32,000 nt of DNA from Methanothermobacter thermautotrophicus str. Delta H (GCF_000008645.1 NC_000916.1:1110001-1142000); one strand, 5' to 3'. Numbered from the stretch's first letter, positions 18,133 to 29,640 are shown. The notes: generated from the letters alone by a model not told the origin. Numbers and translations: made by a program.

Positions 18133-18867
18133 CTACCTAAGGCCAAGGGCCCTATGCATCTGTGGTATCACGTAAACATCCATATACTTTCCGGCTTCCT
18201 GAGACATTTCCAGCAGGCGAGGAGTGTTTTGAGCCCACTGCTCAGGGGGACTGCATGGCTGTATAACCAATGGAAGTCTTTCCGGCTCATCAACGCATTC
18301 AAGGAGCCTCTCTGCGAGAGCCCCGATGTAGCCAGCCCCCGTTGTGGGCATCACAACCACCTTACAATATGTATTTACACCTCTTGATATTAATATGTTT
18401 ATGACTTGAATCTCCCGATCAATGAGGTCACCGGGGCTGGATATATCGGATTCTGTAGTACCTGATCTTAAATTATCTGAAAAATGTTCAGCTATTTTTA
18501 TATCAACTGAGGCGTAGTCAAAGAGGTGAGCTATCCTCTCTGCATTGCTGGGCAGGGACCCGTTGGTCTCGAGAAGGGTCCTGTGAGGGCTCTCCTCAAG
18601 GAGTTCTGTGATAAAATCAGGGTAGAGGAGAGGTTCACCTCCTGTGATACTGATTGAATGAAAATCAGGCGTTATCAACCCTTCAATAATCTCTGTAAGT
18701 TCAGGGGCTGTGAAGAGCCTCCCGGCTGAGGGGTCCCTGCTCTCTGGTGTGTCACAGTAGCTGCAGTTGAGGTTGCAGCCGGCGAACCTCACAAAGATCT
18801 GCCTCCTTCCCACAAGGAGGCCCTCGCCCTGGATGCTGCTGAAGACCTCCACGATGGGTGCCCTCAT
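18133..18867 (-). CDS. queE: 7-carboxy-7-deazaguanine synthase-like radical SAM protein
   Basis: [33 protein letters not shown] (Cx3Cx2C), [23 protein letters not shown]. Confidence 0.88.
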   Translation of the reverse strand: MRAPIVEVFSSIQGEGLLVGRRQIFVRFAGCNLNCSYCDTPESRDPSAGRLFTAPELTEIIEGLITPDFHSISITGGEPLLYPDFITELLEESPHRTLLETNGSLPSNAERIAHLFDYASVDIKIAEHFSDNLRSGTTESDISSPGDLIDREIQVINILISRGVNTYCKVVVMPTTGAGYIGALAERLLECVDEPERLPLVIQPCSPPEQWAQNTPRLLEMSQEAGKYMDVYVIPQMHRALGLR

Positions 18868-18872
18868 CAAGA

Positions 18873-19349
18873 TCACCGGGATATCGTGTATATGGCCCCC
18901 TGCCCTATACCCTCATTCACACAGACCTCGACGGAGGATATATCATACTTACTGCTCAGTTCCTTGAAGAGGGTTGCGGCAAAGTACCTTGAAAGCTCCT
19001 CTGCAGAGCTGGATTCAAGGTCCATGAGGCAGCAGTCCTCCTCGGGTATGCTGTACTTCTTACCCGCTATTTCAAATTTAACTGTTCTGGTGGTAGATGT
19101 GAAGTTTATGAGGGGGTTCCTGAGGGGTATCAGGAGTTTATGGTCAAATTCGCTGCATATTCGTCTGACTATATCCTTAACATCCTTGAAGTCAGCTACA
19201 AAACCATGCTTACCGCTCCTCTTACCCTCAACCTTAACATCAACTATGTAGGAGTGACCGTGTATGCAGCCGCATGACTCATGTTCGGGTATCATGTGGG
19301 CGGCTGAAAACCTCAGGTTTGCGTGTATTCCATTTATAACTATCTTCAT
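18873..19349 (-). CDS. 6-pyruvoyl-tetrahydropterin synthase / QueD family protein
   Basis: FSAAHMI...[29 protein letters not shown]-like [17 protein letters not shown]; overlaps the start of queE. Confidence 0.82.
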
Positions 19350-19397
19350 CATTACCACTTCAACTGTTGAATGGGGACCCGGGTAGCCTATCCTGAA

Positions 19398-19432
19398 ACA
19401 CCTTAAAAGATCCGGGTCCTGGCCATATCCTC
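19398..19432. repeat. 35-bp direct repeat, copy 1 (orphan gene-tail copy)
   Basis: acaccttaaaagatccgggtcctggccatatcctc; 2 differences from 19471-19505. Confidence 0.95.
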
Positions 19433-19470
19433 AGACACACCAGTATCCAGACACCAGCAGCATCCCCCCG

Positions 19471-19505
19471 ACACCTTAAAAGATCCGGGTCTTGGCTATA
19501 TCCTC
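19471..19505. repeat. 35-bp direct repeat, copy 2 (covers the 3' end of the DUF366-like gene)
   Basis: acaccttaaaagatccgggtcttggctatatcctc. Confidence 0.95.
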
Positions 19506-20042
19506 CTCGATGGAATCTATCTCATGTATATACGCCATTGCAACGTTCTCAGCTATTACCTTAATGTCATCAGCTGACAGCTCAGGCTTTTCATCCAGAA
19601 GCCCTATGGTGTCGACATCCTCTGGTGTTCCCCTCTCATGGATGTTGACGCCCAGATGTATCTTCATGCTTGAGACAGAGGCCGTTGCTATTGAAACTGT
19701 GAGCTTAGATGAACCTATGTAGAGGTCATCACCCTCGCGCCTTGTCCGCACACCAGTTCTCATGAGTTCCTCCATGAGCAGCATTACCAGAATCCTCTGC
19801 CTGTGGTATGCGAGCCTCAGGCTGGATGGCTGTTCATCAAAGTGCTCAACGATGAAATGGAGGACCTCTTCAGATCTTATCTCCAGTTCAACGTCCTCAT
19901 AGTCCACTATATTCTTAACGTCCATGGGGCCTATCCATGTTATTATGCTTGAGCCCTTTATTCCCAGTTCACTGAGGGCCCATGCAGGTTCTATCTGACT
20001 CCCATCATAGAGGAGGGGATCTTCAAGGTGCTCATATAACAT
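19476..20042 (-). CDS. DUF366-like conserved archaeal protein
   Basis: [42 protein letters not shown]...HLGVNI. Start at ATG 20042 behind GGTGATG. Confidence 0.65.
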   Translation of the reverse strand: MLYEHLEDPLLYDGSQIEPAWALSELGIKGSSIITWIGPMDVKNIVDYEDVELEIRSEEVLHFIVEHFDEQPSSLRLAYHRQRILVMLLMEELMRTGVRTRREGDDLYIGSSKLTVSIATASVSSMKIHLGVNIHERGTPEDVDTIGLLDEKPELSADDIKVIAENVAMAYIHEIDSIEEDIAKTRIF

Positions 20043-20206
20043 TACATCACCAGCATTATATCTGGAGCTGCCCCTATTTAATCTATTTAATAAGTAGGAT
20101 GCCGGGACTGCCATCCTCCTCCATAGATGACAGTATCAATGAATCCAGTGGATGAATTCATGCACGGAGGCCCCGGCTGGAGATCCGGAGTGAAACTCCT
20201 GGGTGC

Positions 20207-20572
20207 TCACTCAAGGACCAGGAGTTCCCGGTAGCCTGTCCTCCTGTCCATAACCCTCCGCAGCACCCCCTGGTATGGGATCACGGCTATCTCTGCAGTT
20301 GTCCTCACCGGGGAGTCCCCCCTGAGGTGGCCCCCGGTAACCCTGCCCTCTGAATCTGCAACCGCAATGTGGATGTGCACTCCATCGGGGGAGATGGTCC
20401 CCTGGAGTGAGAGGATCTCAAGGGGCCCCTCAACCGTGAGTTCTGATTCATCGGCCGTCCTTATCCTGACGCGGTGGAGGCTTCCTATGCCCGTCACCAC
20501 CACGCCTTCCGAAAAGGCTGCCCTCATCTCCTCCATGAGGTCCATGCCCGGTTCAAGTCTTATGAGAATCAT
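20207..20572 (-). CDS. PPC/DUF296-like domain protein
   Basis: LEPGMDLMEEMRAAFSEGVVVTGIGSLHRVRIR...LEILSLQGTISPDG-VHIHIAVADSEGRVTGGHL. Confidence 0.8.
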   Translation of the reverse strand: MILIRLEPGMDLMEEMRAAFSEGVVVTGIGSLHRVRIRTADESELTVEGPLEILSLQGTISPDGVHIHIAVADSEGRVTGGHLRGDSPVRTTAEIAVIPYQGVLRRVMDRRTGYRELLVLE

Positions 20573-20612
20573 ATGAAAAGATTTATAGTCACATCAGGCA
20601 TTTAATTTATCT
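20573..20612. promoter_or_regulatory. 40-bp divergent intergenic promoter region
   Basis: gaaaagatttatagtcacatcaggcatttaatttatct between two divergent ATGs, with one TATA-like element per strand. Confidence 0.55.
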
Positions 20613-21635
20613 ATGAGAGCCAGAATCCGTGACTTCATACACACCACTGATGACCTTTTCTTTGCTGTGACCTCATACCTTCATCCTGATGGGAGAATCA
20701 TATCATTTTTACGTTACATACCGGATAGACATGGTGAAAGATCACTGGACTCTGCAAGATACTCAAAGGTCAGCTCGGACGTGGCATACCGTTTCCTTGA
20801 GGATGCGCACCCTGAGTACCTTCACCACTATGATGAGCTCGGGGTTCTCATGATGGGCGTGCCCCACGATAGGGTCGAGGAGATACTGAGGCCTGAAAAT
20901 CGTCTGGAGGAGATAATGGAGTCCCCATCAGATCCCCTCCTCAAAAAGGCTGTTAAAATAGCAGATACGCTCCACGATGCAGCCGGGATCCCCTACAGGT
21001 CCATGGGAGTCTCTGGATCCATACTGCCCGGGCTGTATGACCCCGAGAACTCCGACATTGACTTTGTTGTCTATGGACTGAAAAACCACCGGAGGGCCAT
21101 GGAGGCCTTCGGTGAACTTAAGGATGACCCCTCCTGGCCACTCATGGGCCTCGATGAAGAGCTCCTCAGGAGGGTCTACAGCAAGCGGATCGTTGACGAC
21201 ACCCTATCCTTCAGGGAGTTCTGCTGGTATGAGATGCGCAAGAACAACCGTGGAAGGGTAGATGGAACCCTCTTCGATATCCTTGCAGCCAGGGACTGGA
21301 GTGAAATAGATGGTCACTGGGGTGATACAACCTATGAGCCCCATGGGACCATAACCATTGAGTGCACAGTCACTGATGCCCTTGAGGCCTTTGACAACCC
21401 CTCAAGGTACCTTGTGGATGATGTCAATGTGATTGAGGGCCCTGCTGTTGAGATAGGGGAGGTCGTATCCTTCACCCACACCTATGCTGGTCAGGCCAGG
21501 GAGGGGGAGCGCATAGTTGCAAGGGGTAAACTTGAGAGGTTCACCGGAAAATCAGAGGGTTACAGGGTGGTTGTTGGAACAACCAGGGAAGCCATGAATG
21601 AATTCATAAAGCTGAAGGATCTCAGACTGGAGTAA
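20613..21635 (+). CDS. Predicted nucleotidyltransferase-domain protein (Pol beta superfamily)
   Basis: Motif [25 protein letters not shown] (GS...DxD) in an archaeal protein of otherwise unknown function. Confidence 0.7.
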   Translation: MRARIRDFIHTTDDLFFAVTSYLHPDGRIISFLRYIPDRHGERSLDSARYSKVSSDVAYRFLEDAHPEYLHHYDELGVLMMGVPHDRVEEILRPENRLEEIMESPSDPLLKKAVKIADTLHDAAGIPYRSMGVSGSILPGLYDPENSDIDFVVYGLKNHRRAMEAFGELKDDPSWPLMGLDEELLRRVYSKRIVDDTLSFREFCWYEMRKNNRGRVDGTLFDILAARDWSEIDGHWGDTTYEPHGTITIECTVTDALEAFDNPSRYLVDDVNVIEGPAVEIGEVVSFTHTYAGQAREGERIVARGKLERFTGKSEGYRVVVGTTREAMNEFIKLKDLRLE

Positions 21636-21660
21636 ACAGAAAATATGTGGAGGTTTTTGT

Positions 21661-22932
21661 GTGAACATTGGACTCATAGGATTTGGAACAATAGGGGCAG
21701 GTGTGGTGGAAATATTCAACACCAACCCTGATATCATAATGAAAAAGACAGGGATGGAGCTCAGGCTCAGGAGGGTGGTTGACCTTGACATTGAAACCGA
21801 CCGTGGCGTTGAAATAGATCCGGGGATCCTGTCAACCGACGCAGATGACATTCTCGAGGATCCTGAAATAGACATCGTCATAGAACTCATAGGTGGCTAT
21901 GAACCGGCGCGTAGCTTCATCCTGAAGGCCATAGAAAATGGTAAACATGTTGTAACAGCCAACAAGGCACTCCTTGCAAGGCACTGGGATGAGATAATGG
22001 ATGCTGCCAGGGAGCATGGCGTGAGGGTTGCATTTGAGGCCAGTGTTGGTGGTGGTATACCCGTCCTCAGGGCCCTCAACGAGTCCCTCGCAGCCAACAG
22101 AATAGAATCCATATATGGAATAATAAACGGTACCGCCAATTACATACTGACCAGGATGGCCTCAGAGGGCATGGAATTTGATGATGTTCTGCGGGAGGCC
22201 CAGAGGCTCGGATATGCTGAAAGGGATCCCACCTTCGACATAGAGGGCCATGACACCGCACAGAAGCTAATAATACTCACACTGCTTGGTTTTGGTGTCC
22301 ATGTACCGGAGGATGAACTCCATGTTGAGGGTATAAGCAGTATAAGGAGGGATGACATTGAATATGCCACTGCAGAGCTTGGATGCAGTGTGAAGCTCCT
22401 TGCAACAGCCAGGCTCAATGATGGTGAACTGGAGCTGGGTGTTACACCAACCCTTGTACCACACCATCACCTCCTCTCCTCTGTGAACGGTGTCTTCAAC
22501 GGGATATACATCACAGGGGACTTCACAGGGCCAGTCATGTTCTATGGGAAGGGTGCAGGCAGGAGGGCCACTGCAAGTGCAGTTGTCGCAGACTGCATGG
22601 ATATTGCAGTTAACCCTGAGGGATCAATGCCCACAGGTCCGGGCATCAGGGTTGTTGAGTCAGTGCGGGACTTCTCCAGGACATCCTCAAGGTACTACAT
22701 AAGGCTTGATGCCGTAGACAGGGCAGGGGTGCTCCATGAAATAGCCGGAGCCTTCAGCAGGCACGGTATAAGTATAGAATCAGTGACCCAGAAGGGCGCC
22801 CATGAGGGTGAAACTGTGCCGATCTACATCGTAACCCATGAGGCAAGTGAGGGGGCCATCCAGGGGGCCCTCTCTGAGATATCAGAGATCAGGTGGGTGA
22901 GGGGTGAACCCCTGCGCCTCCGGATACTCTGA
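21661..22932 (+). CDS. hom: Homoserine dehydrogenase with C-terminal ACT domain
   Basis: [76 protein letters not shown]; GTG start behind GGAGG. Confidence 0.95.
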   Translation: MNIGLIGFGTIGAGVVEIFNTNPDIIMKKTGMELRLRRVVDLDIETDRGVEIDPGILSTDADDILEDPEIDIVIELIGGYEPARSFILKAIENGKHVVTANKALLARHWDEIMDAAREHGVRVAFEASVGGGIPVLRALNESLAANRIESIYGIINGTANYILTRMASEGMEFDDVLREAQRLGYAERDPTFDIEGHDTAQKLIILTLLGFGVHVPEDELHVEGISSIRRDDIEYATAELGCSVKLLATARLNDGELELGVTPTLVPHHHLLSSVNGVFNGIYITGDFTGPVMFYGKGAGRRATASAVVADCMDIAVNPEGSMPTGPGIRVVESVRDFSRTSSRYYIRLDAVDRAGVLHEIAGAFSRHGISIESVTQKGAHEGETVPIYIVTHEASEGAIQGALSEISEIRWVRGEPLRLRIL

Positions 22933-22964
22933 ACCAATAAATTTTTTAAATGTTAGTAATAATT

Positions 22965-22982
22965 TAATATTAATTAATATTA
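22965..22982. promoter_or_regulatory. 18-bp perfect AT palindrome in the promoter of the Cas4-like gene
   Basis: taatattaattaatatta, 17 bp upstream of ATG 23000. Confidence 0.5.
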
Positions 22983-22999
22983 TAAAGTGTGGTGATCAG

Positions 23000-23767
23000 A
23001 TGTCGGTTGCTGTGTCCATGATATCCGAATTCATGTTCTGCCCCCTCAAACTGTACCTCCGGGAGGTTCTCGGGGTGAGGGAACCCATGAGACCCGAGGC
23101 AGTACACCTCAGGAAGGCCTACCTTGACTTCAGGGCAGCGGCAGAGAGCATCACCCGGAAACTGGAAGATGATGTTGGGGTGGATGAACTGGAATCAATG
23201 CTGATGGAGGACCTTGAGAGAATTCTGGGGGACCTTAATGAGGGTGAAAGGGATCTGATAGCTGAACCCATGGTATTTGAGGTGAGGACCATGGCACTGC
23301 GTATAGGGAGGGCCATGAACATCCTGGGGGGCCAGTGCGACAGGGTGGCCTCCCTCCTCTTCCCACCCCTCATCAGGGACTACCCCATATATGATCCGTC
23401 CATCGAACTGCATGGCCGTGTCAGCATGGAGATAAGTGGTGGTTCATATCACCCCCTCAAGTTCAGGACATCCCTGCCACCTGCAAGTGGGGTATGGCCC
23501 TCTGACAGCCTTGAAATAACGGCCCAGGCAATTCTGGTTGAGAGGGAATTTGAAACAGAGGTCATGGTATCCTTCATAGACTATATCCTGCCTGCAGAGC
23601 GGCGGCCGGTGGTGATAGATTACCGCAGGAGGGAGTACCTCTTCGATGTGCTTGATGAGATAAGGAGGATAACCGAGGATGGTGAGGTTCCCTCCGTGGA
23701 TCTGAACCCCTCAAGGTGTGCCGGTTGCAGCCTTGCAGAGGTCTGCTCCAGGGAGGGTCCGTGCTGA
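23000..23767 (+). CDS. Cas4/RecB-like protein, not next to a visible CRISPR locus; nuclease motifs look degenerate
   Basis: MISEFMFCPLKLYLREVLG N-term and RCAGCSLAEVC C-term (Cx2Cx5C) as in Cas4. Start at ATG 23000 behind GGTGATC. Confidence 0.65.
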   Translation: MSVAVSMISEFMFCPLKLYLREVLGVREPMRPEAVHLRKAYLDFRAAAESITRKLEDDVGVDELESMLMEDLERILGDLNEGERDLIAEPMVFEVRTMALRIGRAMNILGGQCDRVASLLFPPLIRDYPIYDPSIELHGRVSMEISGGSYHPLKFRTSLPPASGVWPSDSLEITAQAILVEREFETEVMVSFIDYILPAERRPVVIDYRRREYLFDVLDEIRRITEDGEVPSVDLNPSRCAGCSLAEVCSREGPC

Positions 23768-23936
23768 CCCAGGTTACCTGGAGGATGAAGGTCACCCGGG
23801 ATCAGAATACATGATTTTCATCAGAGGATGTGGGGCCTGCAAAGATTATCATACTCTGAACCAGATCCGGTGATTTTTTTGAGATAATTTCCCAGAGTTT
23901 AAATAATTGTTTCAACATAATACTTATGGTGATGCT

Positions 23937-24206
23937 ATGAAGGAGGAACTTCTTAAAAAGTGTGAAAATCTGGACAGTCCGGATATAATGAGCAGCTGCC
24001 GTGTTCTCCTGGAACTTGCTGAGAAGAAAAAGGATGAGATACCTGAGGAGGACCAGACCTACCTTGAGATGGCAGAGAACCTGAAACCATCAGACGTCTC
24101 AAAGGTCCTGGAGCTTGCCCTCAAAATAAGGGAAAGCGGCGACATAAAGGATGCCGAACTCAAAAACGCTGCAAGCAAGCTCATAAGGGCAATTGAGATG
24201 AGCTGA
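23937..24206 (+). CDS. Small helical hypothetical protein (89 aa)
   Basis: MKEELLKKCENLDSPDIMSSCRVLLELAEKKK...; acidic/helical composition; SD-like GGTGATGCT upstream. Confidence 0.55.
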   Translation: MKEELLKKCENLDSPDIMSSCRVLLELAEKKKDEIPEEDQTYLEMAENLKPSDVSKVLELALKIRESGDIKDAELKNAASKLIRAIEMS

Positions 24207-24215
24207 ACATTTTTT

Positions 24216-24872
24216 CTAAAATTTTTTACCCCTTACCTTTTCTATACTGAAAACAGCGGTATCAGCCACCGCCATGACACTCATAACCCCTGCCTGTATG
24301 GGGTCTGTTACAACGAGGTCAGCCACATCGGTGACGCTTCCGGGCATGTTGAGGCTTATAACCGTGATATCATGTTCCCTTTTAACCATCTCAACTGCCC
24401 TTGTGATTTCACCACCCATGAGGGACCCTGCAAGTACCAGGGCCGCCACCCTCGGGAGTCTCCCCACGGCCCTCACTGCCTCCGCAAGTTCCTCCTCCCC
24501 GACCAGGGGGATGGTGTCGATGCTTATACGTTCTCCCCTGATGTTGTGCCTGTCGGCCTCACTGATGGCCCCCATTGCAACCTGGGAGACCTGGGCTCCC
24601 CCACCGATTATGATTATCCTCTTACCATAGATCTCCTCCAGTGACCTGTGTATCTTCACATCCAGTACCGTGCTGGAGGACTTCAGCTCATTGATGAGGG
24701 ACTCCCTGTCATCTATATCCTCGAGTTCCATATATATTGCGCCATGACCATCCCTTTCAACGTAGAGGTGGGCGTAGGTGATGTTTATATTCCTTGAGGC
24801 TATCATGCCTGTTATCTCACTTAGAACACCTGGCCTCTCCACGGTCTTTATACTCAGAGCCACTGAAGTCAT
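24216..24872 (-). CDS. ehbQ: ACT-domain protein at the end of the ehb gene run
   Basis: [36 protein letters not shown] (ACT); position downstream of ehbP. Confidence 0.75.
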
Positions 24873-24891
24873 GAAAAATCACTGAAAAAAA

Positions 24892-25143
24892 TTAATCTGA
24901 AGCCTCAAGGAGGGCCTTCTCCCTCCTCCACAGGCTCAGGTAGTTATCATCATCCCCCACAGGCACTATTTTAAGTCCGAGTTTCCGGTGCTCCTCTATC
25001 CATTCCTCATCAAATACAGGGACCTCTATCTTTATGTGCTCATCGGTGGGGTTTACGACTATGAGGTTGCGGTAGGGGAACTCGAGTTCAACTATGTACC
25101 CTCCGAGGCTTATCATGTGCCTTGGTCTTATCACCATCTTCAT
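24892..25143 (-). CDS. ehbP: Small Ehb subunit
   Basis: [43 protein letters not shown]; position between ehbO and ehbQ. Confidence 0.7.
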   Translation of the reverse strand: MKMVIRPRHMISLGGYIVELEFPYRNLIVVNPTDEHIKIEVPVFDEEWIEEHRKLGLKIVPVGDDDNYLSLWRREKALLEASD

Positions 25144-25153
25144 ACTATCACCT

Positions 25154-26143
25154 TCAGACAAATGCTGTGACCAGTGCCAGGACCCCGAGCACCGAAGCCG
25201 CTGCTGTTACAGGGTAGAACTGCTTGAATGTGAATACCGGTGCAAAGGCGCTGAATATGGCCATCAGGATAGGGAAAACCGCCGCAACTGCAATGTTAAC
25301 AAGTATTCCCCAGCTGAGTATGTTCGGTGGCACTCCCAGGAAGAGGACTGAGAAGAGACACCCCAGGGTGAACATTAGGAAACCCCTGGTTATGTAGACA
25401 AAGGCCCGGTAGCGTGCGGCGTACTCCATGTATGGTCCCTCTATCACGTCAGCCTTTGTCTTGAGTATTGCGAAGGGGTACTCGTTGAGGAGTATCATGT
25501 ATCCTATGAAGAAGACAACGGCCCCCACAACACCGGCAAGGGTAAAGAGGACAGGTCCATGGACCGCCTGATATGCCACTATGTCCTTCAGGAAGATGCT
25601 CCCTGACATCACAGCCGGCACAAAGAGTGCAATGTAAATTGGGAAGGAACCAAAGGCTATCAAACGGAATGCCCTCATGGAGCTCAGATCTTCAAGGAAA
25701 TACCTCTGAAGATCCGGGTGCTTCGCCCCCCTTGCAAGGTCAGGGAAGGGCATCCCCATGGACATGACAGACCTTGAGAGGGAACCCATGAATACATATA
25801 TGACCTCCTCTATCTTCAGGAACCCGACGATGGCAACAAGGCTTGCCAGGGCCCCCAGAGTGTACATTGGTGGTATTAGGAAGAGCAGTATGAGGAGGGC
25901 TGATATGAAGCCTACTATCGGGAGTGAATTGTAGAGCCTTGGCAGGGGTGAGGATGGCCTGACTGTCTTTTTATAGAAGAACTTGAGGGCTGCCATGAGC
26001 CCCGGGCTTGAGACAGGTGGTCCTATCCTCTGCTGTATCCTTGCATGCACGAATTTTCTTTCAATACCCGGGAGCCAGAGGCTCACAAGCAATCCCAGTA
26101 TTACCGTTCCCAAAACCGTTACAGCTGAGTATGATGGATCCAT
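25154..26143 (-). CDS. ehbO: Energy-converting hydrogenase B membrane subunit, NuoH/HycD-like
   Basis: [37 protein letters not shown]; [30 protein letters not shown]. Confidence 0.9.
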   Translation of the reverse strand: MDPSYSAVTVLGTVILGLLVSLWLPGIERKFVHARIQQRIGPPVSSPGLMAALKFFYKKTVRPSSPLPRLYNSLPIVGFISALLILLFLIPPMYTLGALASLVAIVGFLKIEEVIYVFMGSLSRSVMSMGMPFPDLARGAKHPDLQRYFLEDLSSMRAFRLIAFGSFPIYIALFVPAVMSGSIFLKDIVAYQAVHGPVLFTLAGVVGAVVFFIGYMILLNEYPFAILKTKADVIEGPYMEYAARYRAFVYITRGFLMFTLGCLFSVLFLGVPPNILSWGILVNIAVAAVFPILMAIFSAFAPVFTFKQFYPVTAAASVLGVLALVTAFV

Positions 26144-26147
26144 TAAA

Positions 26148-27284
26148 TCACCTGCGAGGATTATCAGACAGATCTACAATTTCTATGGCCCTGTCTGTGC
26201 ATGTGAAGCAGGGGTCGCACTGCACTATGCCCAGCTGGGCGTCAGTGATGTGGTGGCCTATGCATGCATACTGCATTGCCCCTATGTTTGACATGGAGGG
26301 TGTCCTTATCACCGAACCCCTGACCCTCCCATCCTCTATTGCATAGGAGTGGTAGAGTCTTCCGCGTGGTGCCTCCACATAGCTCTTGATGATGCCTGTG
26401 TCCTGCATCTCCCAGCTCCTGTCAACAACCTTACCCCCTGGTAAATCCCTTAGGGCCTGTCTTATGATCTTCACTGATTCAAATATCTCAAGGACACGCA
26501 TGAGGAGGTTTGCCCTGACATCACCTTCATCCTGTGTTATAACCTCAAATTCGAAGGGGTCGTAGCATGGCATCTCACGTCTGATGTCAAGGTCCACGCC
26601 GGTTGCCCTCAGGGTCGGTCCTGTGACGTGTAACCTCAGAGCATCCTTTCTGCTTATGGGGCAGACCCCTGTTATACGGGACATTATCATGGGATCGGAG
26701 GTGAACCTCTCGGCGAAGGCCTCCACCTTTTCCTCGATGAGGTCAATGCCCTCCCTTATCCTCTGTACCTTCATCTCATCAAGGTCAGCCCGGGGCCTTA
26801 TTCCCCCTATTATGGGGACGCCGTACTGTACCCTGTTACCCCCTATGAGCCTTAGAAGTTCCATGACAGTCTCCCTTATGTAGAAGAGCCTCATGGAGAA
26901 GGTCTCATGGCCCAGAACCTCATTTCCATGTGCAAGGTAAAGTAGGTGGCTGTGGAGCCTTTCGAGTTCACCGATGATTATCCTTATGTAGGATGCCCTC
27001 TCAGGTATCTCAACCCCGAGGCCCTTCTCAGCAACCAGGACAGAGTTCCAGAGGTGGACGCCTGAACAGATACCGCAGACCTTCTCGGTGAGGCTGTTGG
27101 CCTTCTCAACCGGGAGGCCCTCCATTATCCTCTCGATTCCCCTGTGGTTCACGCCAACCGTTATCTCGGCGTCCCGTACTATCTCATCCTCCACGAAGAG
27201 CCTTACACGGTAGGGTTCTATGGCTGCTGAATGCACGGGCCCCATTGCTATTTCCGTCTCTATTATCTCCTCTTTTCCATCCAT
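26148..27284 (-). CDS. ehbN: Energy-converting hydrogenase B large subunit
   Basis: [34 protein letters not shown] and C-term DPCFTCTDR: both CxxC nickel-ligand motifs present. Start trimmed to ATG 27284 behind AGGTG. Confidence 0.92.
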   Translation of the reverse strand: MDGKEEIIETEIAMGPVHSAAIEPYRVRLFVEDEIVRDAEITVGVNHRGIERIMEGLPVEKANSLTEKVCGICSGVHLWNSVLVAEKGLGVEIPERASYIRIIIGELERLHSHLLYLAHGNEVLGHETFSMRLFYIRETVMELLRLIGGNRVQYGVPIIGGIRPRADLDEMKVQRIREGIDLIEEKVEAFAERFTSDPMIMSRITGVCPISRKDALRLHVTGPTLRATGVDLDIRREMPCYDPFEFEVITQDEGDVRANLLMRVLEIFESVKIIRQALRDLPGGKVVDRSWEMQDTGIIKSYVEAPRGRLYHSYAIEDGRVRGSVIRTPSMSNIGAMQYACIGHHITDAQLGIVQCDPCFTCTDRAIEIVDLSDNPRR

Positions 27285-27303
27285 TGTAAGCACCTGAATC
27301 TGT

Positions 27304-27750
27304 TCAATCCGCCTCCAGCAGTTTTGGAAGTGCCGCCACTGCACCTGCAAGTACGTCCTCTGGCCTTACTGCGCAGCCCGGGACCTTGGCATCAACTGGT
27401 ATGACCTTGTCCACTGGGCCGCAGATCTCCTCAGAGGGTATGTCCCCGTGTATGTTCTTGTAGACACCGCCCATGAGTGCGCATGCACCTGCAGCTATAA
27501 CTGCCTTTGGTTCGGGTATTGCATTGTATATGGCCTTCAGTGGTTCCTCGTTCTGCTTTGTAACCGGACCCGTTACTATGAGGACATCGGCCTCCCTTGG
27601 GTTCCATGTGAGGAATATTTTGTACTGTTCAGCATCATATTTCGGTGAGAAAACTGCGTTTACGATCTCTATATCGCAGCCATTGCATCCCCCTGTGTAT
27701 ACGAGCATTGCATGTACTGCCCTTGCCCTTGAAAATGATTTAAGTCCCAT
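27304..27750 (-). CDS. ehbM: Energy-converting hydrogenase B small subunit
   Basis: [47 protein letters not shown]. Confidence 0.92.
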   Translation of the reverse strand: MGLKSFSRARAVHAMLVYTGGCNGCDIEIVNAVFSPKYDAEQYKIFLTWNPREADVLIVTGPVTKQNEEPLKAIYNAIPEPKAVIAAGACALMGGVYKNIHGDIPSEEICGPVDKVIPVDAKVPGCAVRPEDVLAGAVAALPKLLEAD

Positions 27751-27756
27751 TTTGCA

Positions 27757-28278
27757 TCACCTGATCCTCCTTGCAGCCTCTGCAAGGGTATCGGTCTTCA
27801 TAACACTCTTATCAGCCAGGAACTGTGATATGAATCTGAGTTTATCTTCTGATATCTTAACTGGTTTCTTTAGCACCCTCCCTGCGTCGAAATCAACCTC
27901 TCCCACATCGTTGGGGTGTATGGTTCCGGGTTCACCGAAGAGTGCGTAGAGGGGGCAGAAGTCGTGACAGTAGTAACAGTGAACGCATTTTTCACTGTTC
28001 AGTACCGGTAACTGTTTCTTCACGAGACCCTCAATTATCTCAACGGGTTCATCCAGGTCCCTCATCTCAATGGCCCCTGTGGGGCAGGCGTTGGAGCACC
28101 CTGCGCATCCTATGCATGAGACCTCGGCGACCTTGGGTTCGGGTTCCACCCTCCCCTCAAGGATCCTCCTTCGCAGTTCCATATCTGTCACACGGTCCGC
28201 TGCAAGGAATATCCTCTTCAGGTTGGTGTAGGATCCCTCCAGCATTATCCTTAGAAGATTCTTCACGTGATCCACCAT
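27757..28278 (-). CDS. ehbL: Ferredoxin-like Ehb subunit with two 4Fe-4S motifs
   Basis: [14 protein letters not shown] and [14 protein letters not shown]. Confidence 0.88.
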   Translation of the reverse strand: MVDHVKNLLRIMLEGSYTNLKRIFLAADRVTDMELRRRILEGRVEPEPKVAEVSCIGCAGCSNACPTGAIEMRDLDEPVEIIEGLVKKQLPVLNSEKCVHCYYCHDFCPLYALFGEPGTIHPNDVGEVDFDAGRVLKKPVKISEDKLRFISQFLADKSVMKTDTLAEAARRIR

Positions 28279-28281
28279 CCA

Positions 28282-29628
28282 TTAATCTGATGCAAATTCC
28301 CTCTCAAATATGACAGCCCTGGCAGGGCATATGTTGGAGCATGCACCACAGTGTATGCATTTATCATCATCAACTATCATCAATCCGCTTTCATCCCTTG
28401 ATATGGCATCCTCTGGGCAAACATCCAGACAGAGGCCGCATCCTATGCAGAGTCTCGGGTCTATGAGGGTGAATCCGCCCTTTATACTTCTCTTCTTCAT
28501 GGTTGTTCTGGGTATCGCATCGACAGGGCAGTGTATGCCACACTTCTCACACAGTATGCATCTGTCGGTGTCCACCTCTATGGACCCTCTGCGGAGGGTT
28601 ATGGCATCCACAGGACATAACTCGGAGCATATACCACATGATATGCAGTCTTCTGAGACTGATCCATCCCATCTGACCGTCTGGAAGCTCCTTGCCTCAC
28701 TAACATCACAGACATTAACGCACCGGCCACATGAAACACAGTAACCCCTGAGCTCCCCATCAACCATCCGCAGTGTGCCCACAGGGCATGCCTCGATGCA
28801 TGGTGTCTCATCACAGTCCCTGCAGAGTGTCGGGTCATATCTTAGTTTGCCATCAACCATCCTTAGGGCGCCCCTTTCACAGGACTCCGCGCAGAGGCCG
28901 CAGTTGAGGCAGGACACTATGCTGCCCTCACCCCTGTCCTCTGCTCTCCTTATTTTCACCTTGAAGTCGTCAATGTATATTGCATTGCTGGGGCATTCCC
29001 TCATGCATTTGAGGCAGAGGGTGCATTTTTCAGGGTCGATTTCGAGGTCCTCTATTGCACCGACCGGACAGACATCCTCACAGACACGGCACTCCGTACA
29101 TACGCCCTCCCCGGTATCAACGATAATGGCGCCGGTGGGGCAGTAGTACTGGCACCTCCTGCAGAGGGTGCATCTATCTGTGTCGGTGACCACGTTGACC
29201 CTGGTGGCCTCATGACTCCTGGGAGTCCTCTTCACCGGTGGCTTCACTGCAAGGTTCAGTGATTCGAGGAATCGAAGCTGTCTGTCCTCTATGAGGTCAA
29301 AGGCGTCCACCCTTGCACCGAGGGGACATGCATCCACGCAGAGACCGCACCTTGCGCATATGCCCTTAACAACACCATCCTCTATCTTTATACTGTTAAC
29401 AGGGCAGGTCATCTCACATACACCGCAGGCATTGCACTTGGCCCTGTCAACAACGTATCCACCGTACCTGTTCCTGCGTATTGCCTTGTTGGGGCAGGCC
29501 TCCATGCAGGCGCCGCAGGTTATGCAGCTGAAGGCCCTGCCATCGATCATCCTTATGGCTTCTGTAGGGCATGCCTTAACACATTCCCCGAGTCCCTCAC
29601 ATTTTCCTGTTGATATGAACATGATCAT
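28282..29628 (-). CDS. ehbK: Polyferredoxin
   Basis: 14 Cys clusters counted in the translation, e.g. [48 protein letters not shown]. Confidence 0.9.
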   Translation of the reverse strand: MIMFISTGKCEGLGECVKACPTEAIRMIDGRAFSCITCGACMEACPNKAIRRNRYGGYVVDRAKCNACGVCEMTCPVNSIKIEDGVVKGICARCGLCVDACPLGARVDAFDLIEDRQLRFLESLNLAVKPPVKRTPRSHEATRVNVVTDTDRCTLCRRCQYYCPTGAIIVDTGEGVCTECRVCEDVCPVGAIEDLEIDPEKCTLCLKCMRECPSNAIYIDDFKVKIRRAEDRGEGSIVSCLNCGLCAESCERGALRMVDGKLRYDPTLCRDCDETPCIEACPVGTLRMVDGELRGYCVSCGRCVNVCDVSEARSFQTVRWDGSVSEDCISCGICSELCPVDAITLRRGSIEVDTDRCILCEKCGIHCPVDAIPRTTMKKRSIKGGFTLIDPRLCIGCGLCLDVCPEDAISRDESGLMIVDDDKCIHCGACSNICPARAVIFEREFASD

Positions 29629-29640
29629 AACCCCATGAGA

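Noticed and set aside
23764-23806. Hairpin-like ccaggttacctgg and ctgaccc...gggatcag after the Cas4-like gene
   Set aside because: Short imperfect stems near a gene end; plausible local terminator-like structure but ordinary.
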